From: Candidatus Sumerlaeales bacterium
Lineage (GTDB): Bacteria > Sumerlaeota > Sumerlaeia > Sumerlaeales > Sumerlaeaceae
Assembly (NCBI GenBank): GCA_038243585.1
Contig: JBBSQY010000061.1
Span: forward strand, 1 to 17,285
Length of the DNA stretch: 17,285 bases
Reading direction: 5' to 3'
Under the pieces are notes generated by a model. The model worked only from the letters and a program-made list of their open reading frames with translations. It had not been told where the DNA came from and searched no databases. Below, piece after piece: positions 8,809 through 15,737 of this stretch (position 1 is the stretch's first letter; every line of letters begins with the position of its first letter). A program made the position numbers and the translations under genes.

Positions 8809-10362
8809 TTACTTGACGTTCTTCAGGAAGTCCGCTTTGTAAGCGACAATCGCTTTTTTCATGGTTTCCTGAAGCTCCGGAGATAGATCCTTCTTCGTTT
8901 CTATTGTGTGAGGGATGTCGGCATATTCGGCTTCAATGTAAGGGAAGAGGCCAGCCTCAAAACGCTTGAGGTGTTTAACTTCCATATCATCCAGATAGCC
9001 CTGAGTTGCGGCGAAGATGATGGAGACCTGCTGCCATAGCTGGTATGGGCTGTATTGATCCTGCTTCAGCACTTCAACCAGACGTTCACCACGGGTTAGC
9101 TGCGCTTTGGTTGCGGCATCGAGATCAGAACCGAACTGAGCGAAGGCTGCCAGTTCACGGTATTGCGCGAGTTCGAGGCGTAGCTTGCCGCCGACCTTCT
9201 TCATGGCTTTGGTTTGCGCATTACCACCCACACGACTAACCGAGAGACCTACGTTAACGGCTGGTTTAACGCCTGAGTAGAAAAGGTCAGGTTCGAGGAA
9301 GATCTGACCATCGGTGATGGAAATAACGTTTGTCGGAATATAAGCGGAAACGTCGCCAGCCTGAGTTTCGATGAAGGGGAGCGCCGTTAGAGAACCGCCG
9401 GCAGCTTTCGCTTCAGGGCAGGCGTTCTGCAGGATGCTCATATCTTCGCTCAGTTTGCAGGCGCGCTCAAGCAACCTGCTGTGTAGGTAGAACACGTCTC
9501 CGGGGTAGGCTTCGCGCCCTGGCGGCCGACGTAGCAGGAGCGACAGGGTACGGTAGGCGGCTGCCTGTTTGGAAAGATCGTCGTAGATGCACAGGGCGTG
9601 ACCGCCGTTGTAAAGGAAGTATTCGCCGATGGCGCAGCCGGTGTATGGAGCAATATACTGAAGCGCTGCGGCTTCGTCTGCAGTTGCGCTTACGATAATC
9701 GTGTAATCCATAGCGCCGAACTGGGTCAATGTTTCAAGAATGCCGGCAACAGTAGATGCTTTTTGGCCGATGGCGACGTAAATGCAGATAACGTCTTTGC
9801 CCTTTTGATTGATGATGGCATCCAAAGCAATGGCCGTCTTGCCGATCTGACGATCGCCGATTATCAATTCGCGCTGTCCGCGCCCGACAGGAATCATCGC
9901 GTCGATAGCCTTGATTCCGGTCATCAGCGGTTCATATACGCTCTGGCGAGCAATAACGTTTGGCGCGGTGCTTTCTACCGGGCGAAATTCCGTAGAAGTA
10001 ATCGGACCTTTACCGTCGATAGGTTCACCGAGAGCGTTGACTACCCGGCCAATAAGTTCGGGCCCGACAGGCACGCTGAGAATTTTGCCAGTGCGGCGTA
10101 CGACGTCGCCCTCTTTAATCTGCTGATCGCTGCCAAATAGCGCAACACCTACACTGGCTTCTTCCAGGTTAAGTACCACGCCTTTCATGCCTCCGGTAAA
10201 CTCCAGCAGCTCGCCGGCCATGGCTTCGTTTAAGCCATAAACGGTGGCGATGCTGTCGCCCACCCGAAGGATGGTGCCTACCTTCTCGACGTCGAGAGAC
10301 GAATCGAAACCGGCAAGTTCCTGCTCAATGACGCTCGTGATTTCTTCTGCCCGAATTGCCAT
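8809..10362 (-). CDS. atpA: F0F1 ATP synthase subunit alpha
   Basis: 517 aa; [17 protein letters not shown] (Walker A), [60 protein letters not shown]. Confidence 0.99.
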   Translation of the reverse strand: MAIRAEEITSVIEQELAGFDSSLDVEKVGTILRVGDSIATVYGLNEAMAGELLEFTGGMKGVVLNLEEASVGVALFGSDQQIKEGDVVRRTGKILSVPVGPELIGRVVNALGEPIDGKGPITSTEFRPVESTAPNVIARQSVYEPLMTGIKAIDAMIPVGRGQRELIIGDRQIGKTAIALDAIINQKGKDVICIYVAIGQKASTVAGILETLTQFGAMDYTIIVSATADEAAALQYIAPYTGCAIGEYFLYNGGHALCIYDDLSKQAAAYRTLSLLLRRPPGREAYPGDVFYLHSRLLERACKLSEDMSILQNACPEAKAAGGSLTALPFIETQAGDVSAYIPTNVISITDGQIFLEPDLFYSGVKPAVNVGLSVSRVGGNAQTKAMKKVGGKLRLELAQYRELAAFAQFGSDLDAATKAQLTRGERLVEVLKQDQYSPYQLWQQVSIIFAATQGYLDDMEVKHLKRFEAGLFPYIEAEYADIPHTIETKKDLSPELQETMKKAIVAYKADFLKNVK

Positions 10363-10382
10363 GTTCTGCCCTTTATTCCTTT

Positions 10383-10892
10383 TCAGATGCCTTCGAAAAT
10401 TTGGTTTTCATTAACCGGATCGTACAGCATGGGCGGCGTCTTGCCGGCCACCCGCAGATAAACAGTGAGTTGTCCGCGGTGATGTGCGTCATGGTCAATC
10501 ATCAGGTATGCTACCTGACCGCGCGTCATGCGCCATTCTGGTCCGAACGGCTCAATTTCTTCGAGCCAGAACTCCGGCGTCGCCTTTTGCGCTGCTTCCG
10601 TTACTTCGCTAATCATTAGTTTTATAGAGGCGAGAGCCGCCTTTACGGTAGAAACATCAAATTGGCGTTCAAAAGCGGAGTGTGCGACTTGTTCATCCGA
10701 TAAAACCGACTTTGTAAAGTTGTCGCTGGCGCAAATTTGTTGAATCTGTTCGCTGGCGGTCATGCTGCCTTCGCCAGGTCGAACTTTAAGGTCGTCGTCA
10801 TTAAAACTTTTAACGAGACGAGCAGTCCAGAGGGCCTGGCGCATAAAGTCATCACAAAATCCCGCAGGATTGACCTGTGCCACGCCCCTCAT
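10383..10892 (-). CDS. DinB/YfiT-superfamily protein
   Basis: 169 aa; ...[20 protein letters not shown]... and C-terminal [27 protein letters not shown], the H-x3-H-RGQ-L..YLR..G..PP signature of DinB proteins. ATG overlaps the atpH stop (TAATG). Confidence 0.9.
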   Translation of the reverse strand: MRGVAQVNPAGFCDDFMRQALWTARLVKSFNDDDLKVRPGEGSMTASEQIQQICASDNFTKSVLSDEQVAHSAFERQFDVSTVKAALASIKLMISEVTEAAQKATPEFWLEEIEPFGPEWRMTRGQVAYLMIDHDAHHRGQLTVYLRVAGKTPPMLYDPVNENQIFEGI

Positions 10893-11443
10893 TACCTTGT
10901 GCTCCGTTGCAACTGAAACCGCATCCGGTCCAGCTTGCCTTTGACCGTGTCGTCGATTAGTAAATCGCCCATGGTAAAGCGAACCCCTGCTATCAACGCG
11001 GGTTCAACTGTGTAACGGAGGCGCAGGCGGGATTTTGTGTAAGTCTCCAGAGCCTGCTGAACCCGGGTCTGATCTTCTTGGGACAAAACAACCGCCGTTG
11101 TTACATGGGCGTGATGCAGGCCCTGGTCGGCTTCCGCCAGCTCGATAAAACGTTCAAAAATGGGACGAGCGTACTCTATGCGGCCTTTATTAATAAGCAT
11201 TACGAGGAGCTGTTCGACGACGGGCTGAACTTTTCCACCAAAGAGTTTATGGACCAGCGCGAGCTTGTTCTCTGTAGGGAACTGGGGACCTTCAAGAAAC
11301 ACGGCCAGTTTTGAATCTCTTTTCAGGAGAATCAAAAGCTGCTGCGCATCATCTATAATGGCGTCAAGATTGCTTTTGCCTTTGCCCACATTAAACAGAG
11401 CTTTGGCATAGCGCTCACTTACGGTTGAATCGTATACGATCAC
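10892..11443 (-). CDS. atpH: F0F1 ATP synthase subunit delta
   Basis: 183 aa; VSERYAKALF, KGRI, VTTAVVLS, VEPALIAG...GDLLIDDTVKGKL; GTG start overlaps the atpF stop (GTGA). Confidence 0.96.
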   Translation of the reverse strand: MIVYDSTVSERYAKALFNVGKGKSNLDAIIDDAQQLLILLKRDSKLAVFLEGPQFPTENKLALVHKLFGGKVQPVVEQLLVMLINKGRIEYARPIFERFIELAEADQGLHHAHVTTAVVLSQEDQTRVQQALETYTKSRLRLRYTVEPALIAGVRFTMGDLLIDDTVKGKLDRMRFQLQRSTR

Positions 11444-11928
11444 CGGCGGCCCAGCTCTTCAACAAAATTGGTAACAAGCGCGTGCTGGCGCGGCTCGTCC
11501 ATGTTCTGACGGATAAGTTTTTCCGTGGCGGAAAGGGTCATTCTCACGACATCCTGTTTCAGCTCCGCACGGGCCTTGTCTAACTCAATTGCAATAGACT
11601 GTTCGGCTTTTAGGCGGGTGGCTTCGCTGTCGCGGCGAGCCTGGTCTGCTACTTGTTCAGCAATCTGCTTTCCCTGAGCCATGGCTTCCTGAAGTTTCAG
11701 GCGAGCCTCGGCCTCTATGTCGCTCATACGTTTGCTGTAGTCAGCTTGAAGCTGGTCCACCTGGCGTTGCATGGCATCAATCTTATCAAATTCGCCCTTG
11801 ATTTTTGCCTGGCGCTGCGCAATGGTATCAAGCATCGGCCCCCAGAACATTTTTTTGGCGATGAAAGCGAAGATGAAAAACGCAAGTAGCGTTGTCAGTA
11901 TCTGCGCAATTGTTGTATTATCCAGCAT
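11440..11928 (-). CDS. atpF: F0F1 ATP synthase subunit b
   Basis: 162 aa; single N-terminal TM helix, KKMFWGPMLDTIAQRQAKI, long coiled-coil; canonical position between atpE and atpH. Confidence 0.96.
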   Translation of the reverse strand: MLDNTTIAQILTTLLAFFIFAFIAKKMFWGPMLDTIAQRQAKIKGEFDKIDAMQRQVDQLQADYSKRMSDIEAEARLKLQEAMAQGKQIAEQVADQARRDSEATRLKAEQSIAIELDKARAELKQDVVRMTLSATEKLIRQNMDEPRQHALVTNFVEELGRR

Positions 11929-12035
11929 GATTAACCCTTAAAGTTTCCATCAGAACGGTTTTTGCCCGTTTCCACTTACAGGGAAATTGGGGCGGCAATA
12001 CAGTTTGCCGGCGAGCGGCATGTTACGAAGAGAAG

Positions 12036-12063
12036 GGTCCGGGCGGTATGGTCTGCCCGGACC
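12036..12063 (-). terminator. GC-rich hairpin after atpE (partial terminator or mRNA-stabilising stem)
   Basis: Minus strand GGTCCGGGCAGACCATACCGCCCGGACC followed by CTTCTCTT; 9-bp perfect stem ~20 nt after the atpE stop. Confidence 0.6.
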
Positions 12064-12082
12064 AGAAACTCTTTGTGACTGT

Positions 12083-12322
12083 TTACTCGGCCATAAATGT
12101 TGCGCCGGCGATAAACGGCGAAATCAGCGCGTAAATTGCAAGAGCCTCAATAAAAGCGCAACCCAGGATCATGCTGATCTGAATTTTGCCTGCGGCTTCC
12201 GGCTGACGGCCGATGGCTTCCATCGCGGAACCCACTGCGTTGCCGAGGCCCAGACCAGCGCCAAGCGCAGCCAAGCCAAGTCCAATTGGGTATCCCATCG
12301 CGATCATAGATGCCTTATCCAT
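12083..12322 (-). CDS. atpE: F0F1 ATP synthase subunit c
   Basis: 79 aa; GAGLGLG glycine motif, RQPE loop, carboxylate in FIEALAIY. Confidence 0.99.
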   Translation of the reverse strand: MDKASMIAMGYPIGLGLAALGAGLGLGNAVGSAMEAIGRQPEAAGKIQISMILGCAFIEALAIYALISPFIAGATFMAE

Positions 12323-12340
12323 GTTAACCTCCTTGTTTTT
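12323..12340 (-). promoter_or_regulatory. Strong ribosome-binding site of atpE
   Basis: Minus strand AAAAACAAGGAGGTTAAC-ATG: full AAGGAGGT Shine-Dalgarno with an A-rich leader, the strongest RBS seen in the operon. Confidence 0.8.
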
Positions 12341-12408
12341 GCCACGGGTTCAAAGCCGCGGCTAAACTACCTTTCTTGATTTCAAATCACTATCTGAAAC
12401 AGCCTTCA

Positions 12409-13482
12409 TCAGGCGAACGGCACGACGCCGGCGTCTACATGACCACTGTTTTCATTCTTTTCTTCAGCGCCCGGCATTAGCGGGTGCTCATCTTCGCCAT
12501 GCGCGTGACCCTCGTGATCATGGTGTGGCAAGACCATCGAGAGATAAATTGCTGCAAGCAGCGAAAAAACCAACGCCTGGATTGTGCCGCCAAGCAGCAC
12601 GAGGAACAGAAACGGTAAGTGGAGGGGCACCCCAATAATTGGATCAGGAACAACAGCGCCGGCCATCATAATGCCTAGCAGTAGGAAAACGCCCAACAGA
12701 ATATCCTCACCCATGATGTTACCAAAGAGACGTAGCGACAGGGAAAGTGGTTTCGCAAGGGTTCCCACGACTTCAAGCACAAAAAGCACCGGGCTAATCG
12801 CCCACCCCACAGCATCCTTGGGGCTGCCCGCCAAATGCCACAGAAAGTGGCCGAGTCCGCCTTCAAAGATACCATAGAAAATGAAGTAGAAAAACACTAT
12901 GAGAGCAAGAGTAACCGTTGTTTGGAACTTTGCTGTTGCAGGCGCCAGAAAGGGGAAAAGGGCAGTAAGGTTGTTGATCCAGATAAATAGGAACAAGCTG
13001 CACAAAAAGGGCACGTGCTTCTTGTGCTCTTTGCCGACGATCCCTGTGAAAAAGTCTGTCACGCCCTCTACAAGCATTTCAAGCCCAACCTGCAGTTTGC
13101 CAGGACGCAAGGAGACCAGCTTTAAAGAGCCAAAGAACGCCAGGGCACTAATAGTGAGCACAAGCAGCAGGTAAATCGACTTTTCATAACCCGCCAGAAA
13201 CTTACCGAAAGCTGTTTGGCCAACCGTGTGGCCGTCGCCCAGCTGAATCTTATTAATGATATAAATTATCGTGGGAAGTTCCGGCGCGTGGGGTGCATGA
13301 TGCTCCTCAGCGTGAGCATCATTAGGCCCATGGGTTGCCGCTTCAGCCGGCGTATTAATAAGTTCTCCCGTATGAGCAACAGCCGGCGCTGCTTCACGAG
13401 CATTTACGATAGCCGGCGCAGCGAAAACCAGCGCCACCAACAACAACAGACTTGTTAATTTTCCCACTATTACCTGTCCCAT
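12409..13482 (-). CDS. atpB: F0F1 ATP synthase subunit a, with His-rich N- and C-terminal extensions
   Basis: 357 aa; PGKLQ..LE, LFIWINNL, KPLSLSLRLFGNI (essential Arg), IQALVFSLLAAIYL. Alternative GTG start at 13467. Confidence 0.97.
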   Translation of the reverse strand: MGQVIVGKLTSLLLLVALVFAAPAIVNAREAAPAVAHTGELINTPAEAATHGPNDAHAEEHHAPHAPELPTIIYIINKIQLGDGHTVGQTAFGKFLAGYEKSIYLLLVLTISALAFFGSLKLVSLRPGKLQVGLEMLVEGVTDFFTGIVGKEHKKHVPFLCSLFLFIWINNLTALFPFLAPATAKFQTTVTLALIVFFYFIFYGIFEGGLGHFLWHLAGSPKDAVGWAISPVLFVLEVVGTLAKPLSLSLRLFGNIMGEDILLGVFLLLGIMMAGAVVPDPIIGVPLHLPFLFLVLLGGTIQALVFSLLAAIYLSMVLPHHDHEGHAHGEDEHPLMPGAEEKNENSGHVDAGVVPFA

Positions 13483-13486
13483 TATA

Positions 13487-13912
13487 CTAAACTTTAGCCG
13501 CCCGTTTTTTTTCTGTCGGAACCGATGATGAGGTTGCCATGGCTGCTACTTTTGATCCAAGAGCTTTTAAGAAGGCGACTATTAATACAGAACTTACGCC
13601 GGCTATAATGGCGTACAGCTCCTCATGCTGATACGGAGCAAAAATACGAAGGGCAACAACACCGCCGATTAGCAGTAAGAGTTTAACTGAGAGGGCAAGG
13701 AGAAGAACGGCAACGGAGGGTTTTTCGTCTTTCGGGTTCAGGGCCAAACGAATTACAATGGTCCATATAAGCAAATTGGCGATCATCCATGCAGACGTAA
13801 CGGCAAAGGCCAGGCCTGCGGCCCTGCTGTATGCAAAGAAACATAATACGCCCACTGCACATGCGATGGCCGTTGTCTTTGCAATTTGTCGTATCCGCTG
13901 CGGAATCATCAT
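13487..13912 (-). CDS. atpI: ATP synthase protein I (AtpI/UncI-like, 4 TM)
   Basis: 141 aa, four hydrophobic helices, immediately upstream of atpB; ATGA overlap with the preceding gene. Assignment rests mainly on position and topology. Confidence 0.7.
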   Translation of the reverse strand: MMIPQRIRQIAKTTAIACAVGVLCFFAYSRAAGLAFAVTSAWMIANLLIWTIVIRLALNPKDEKPSVAVLLLALSVKLLLLIGGVVALRIFAPYQHEELYAIIAGVSSVLIVAFLKALGSKVAAMATSSSVPTEKKRAAKV

Positions 13913-14154
13913 TTACCGTCTTTTTGCATCTTTTTAAGCAGTTTCATCATTTCACGGATACCCGCTGCAGAGCCAAACAGCAAACCCGCAAGTAGTCCCC
14001 AAGGGGAACTTTGCAGCCATTTATCTATTAATGCGCCCAATACACAACCAACCAGAACGCAAGCCATTAGCATGGTTGGAACCAAAATGCCGGCTCCAAC
14101 TGTTCTCATGGTCCGGTAACGGTCCTCGGAGTCCTTATCGTTTTCACCAGCCAC
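13909..14154 (-). CDS. atpZ: AtpZ/AtpI-family two-helix ATP synthase accessory protein
   Basis: G..LGALIDKWLQSSPWGLLAGLLFGSAAG signature; start reassigned to GTG 14154, preceded by AGGAAGG (81 aa). Confidence 0.88.
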   Translation of the reverse strand: MAGENDKDSEDRYRTMRTVGAGILVPTMLMACVLVGCVLGALIDKWLQSSPWGLLAGLLFGSAAGIREMMKLLKKMQKDGK

Positions 14155-14272
14155 GTAGATCCTTCCTGACAGACGCCAAAAGCAGAAATATTTATCTGGG
14201 TCCTCGAAAGGTTCACTTGTGAAAAAAATCACGGACTCGAACGTTCAATATTGGCTATTGGGTCAAATAATC

Positions 14273-14300
14273 AAAAAAACCATCAGCTTCAGGTTAATGG
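14273..14300 (-). terminator. Possible weak intrinsic terminator overlapping the trxB stop
   Basis: Minus strand CCATTAAC-CTGAA-GCTGATGG-TTTTTTT; imperfect stem (one G-U pair, one mismatch) plus T7. Confidence 0.35.
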
Positions 14301-15467
14301 ACCCTGGGCTTTTTCTCGGCCGCTCTGCTCGGTCATCCGTTCCATCAGCTTTACATAGCTTTGGCTGTCTTCGCTCTCGATGCCATACAGTACTGGGTTG
14401 GAAGTTATAAACCTTTCAGAATCAATGGCGGCCATGCATCCACTTCCGGCTGCTGTTACGGCCTGGCGGTACACGTGATCCTGACAATCGCCGCAGGCAA
14501 ATACTCCTGCGAGCATCTCGCCGTTTGGATTGTTGACGACAGTCGAACGACCGCGAGTGCGGATATAGCCGAGGTCGTCCATATCAAGCTGGCCCTTGAA
14601 AATATCGGTGTTTGGCTTATGGCCAATAGCCATAAAAACTCCGTCGCAAGGCACTTCACGCTGCTCGCCTGTCTTTACGTCTTCGAGACGGACGCCTGTG
14701 ACAGATTTGCGGAAGCCTTCTGTCTGTCCAAGAATTTCCGTAATCTTCGAATTAACGATCCACTTGACCTTATCATTGGCCCGGGCTCGCTCAAGCATAA
14801 TGGCGCTGGCGCGGAATTCGTCGCGCCTATGCACAACGGTAACTGTGCGACAATGGCGCGTAAGATAATTGGCTTCTTCCATGGCGGTATCTCCACCGCC
14901 TACTACTATTACATCTTTATCTTTAAACAAGCTGCCATCGCAGGTGGCGCAGGCGCTTACGCCGTAATTTTTGTACTCTTCTTCGCTAGGCAGTCCCAGC
15001 CAACGGGCGCTGGCGCCAGTGGCGATGATGATCGCTTCTGCAAAATGGCTTTCTCCGTCAACCACAACGCGCAGAGGACGACATTTAAAATCTACCTGTT
15101 CGACGCGCTTAAAACGGCAGTCGGCACCAAAATGCTGAGCCTGGGCCCGCAGGATGGCCATCATTTCCGGACCGGAGAGAAAACTTTCTATTTTTGAAAC
15201 GGAATTACCGACTTCGTCTTTGGAAAGGCTGTGCTGATAAACTCCAGGATAGTTCTCCACATCGCTGGTCATCATCAGCTGACCGCCGGGGGTTGTCTGT
15301 TCGAACCCGTCTCCCTCAAACACCAGCGGCGCCAGGTTGGCGCGGGCGGAATACAGTGCGGCGGTAAGCCCAGCTGGGCCGCTGCCTATCACAATGATGT
15401 TTCTTACCTCAACCCGCTTAAGCCGTGTCGTCGTGAATCGTGTCGTAATCGAACTCGTGTCTGACAT
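14289..15467 (-). CDS. trxB: Thioredoxin-disulfide reductase
   Basis: [11 protein letters not shown] (FAD), [25 protein letters not shown] (redox CxxC), [11 protein letters not shown] and HRRD (NADPH), [19 protein letters not shown]. Likely start ATG 15467 after GAGGT; the ORF track starts at 15485. Confidence 0.97.
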   Translation of the reverse strand: MSDTSSITTRFTTTRLKRVEVRNIIVIGSGPAGLTAALYSARANLAPLVFEGDGFEQTTPGGQLMMTSDVENYPGVYQHSLSKDEVGNSVSKIESFLSGPEMMAILRAQAQHFGADCRFKRVEQVDFKCRPLRVVVDGESHFAEAIIIATGASARWLGLPSEEEYKNYGVSACATCDGSLFKDKDVIVVGGGDTAMEEANYLTRHCRTVTVVHRRDEFRASAIMLERARANDKVKWIVNSKITEILGQTEGFRKSVTGVRLEDVKTGEQREVPCDGVFMAIGHKPNTDIFKGQLDMDDLGYIRTRGRSTVVNNPNGEMLAGVFACGDCQDHVYRQAVTAAGSGCMAAIDSERFITSNPVLYGIESEDSQSYVKLMERMTEQSGREKAQGPLT

Positions 15468-15671
15468 GTTACCTCGCTCTTTCAAAAAACCGTATGCAGT
15501 TAATCAGGTGATGCGGTGCGCTACCAGGAACACTCAATAGAAAGTTATGTTTGCAAACTATCGCCAAACATGGAAATTCTTCGAGCGCACGCGAGGCAGG
15601 TGATGCCACCGGCGCTATCACCATGTACGCATTGAAAAGCTAACAAAATCCGGGCCATAAGTGATGGGAAT

Positions 15672-15707
15672 AAAAAAATCGGGTAGCGCACAATTAGCGC
15701 TACCCGA
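15672..15707 (-). terminator. Intrinsic terminator of the lamin-tail-domain gene
   Basis: Minus strand TCGGGTAGCGC-TAATTGT-GCGCTACCCGA-TTTTTTT; perfect 11-bp stem plus T7, 30 nt after the stop. Confidence 0.92.
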
Positions 15708-15737
15708 CATGAATGAAGCCTGGATTCCGACGCTGTT

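Noticed and set aside
10363..10900. dinB insert as a mobile element, intron or DNA polymerase IV
   Set aside because: No terminal repeats, target duplication, transposase or endonuclease motifs. 'DinB' here means the four-helix DinB/YfiT fold, not the Y-family polymerase.
14155..14232. Longer N-terminus of the atpZ ORF given in the track
   Set aside because: GTG 14154 has a good RBS and yields a family-typical length; the extension does not look protein-like.
15552..15566. Sigma-54-like TGGC...TTGCA upstream of trxB (minus strand)
   Set aside because: GG-to-GC spacing is 9 nt rather than the required 10.
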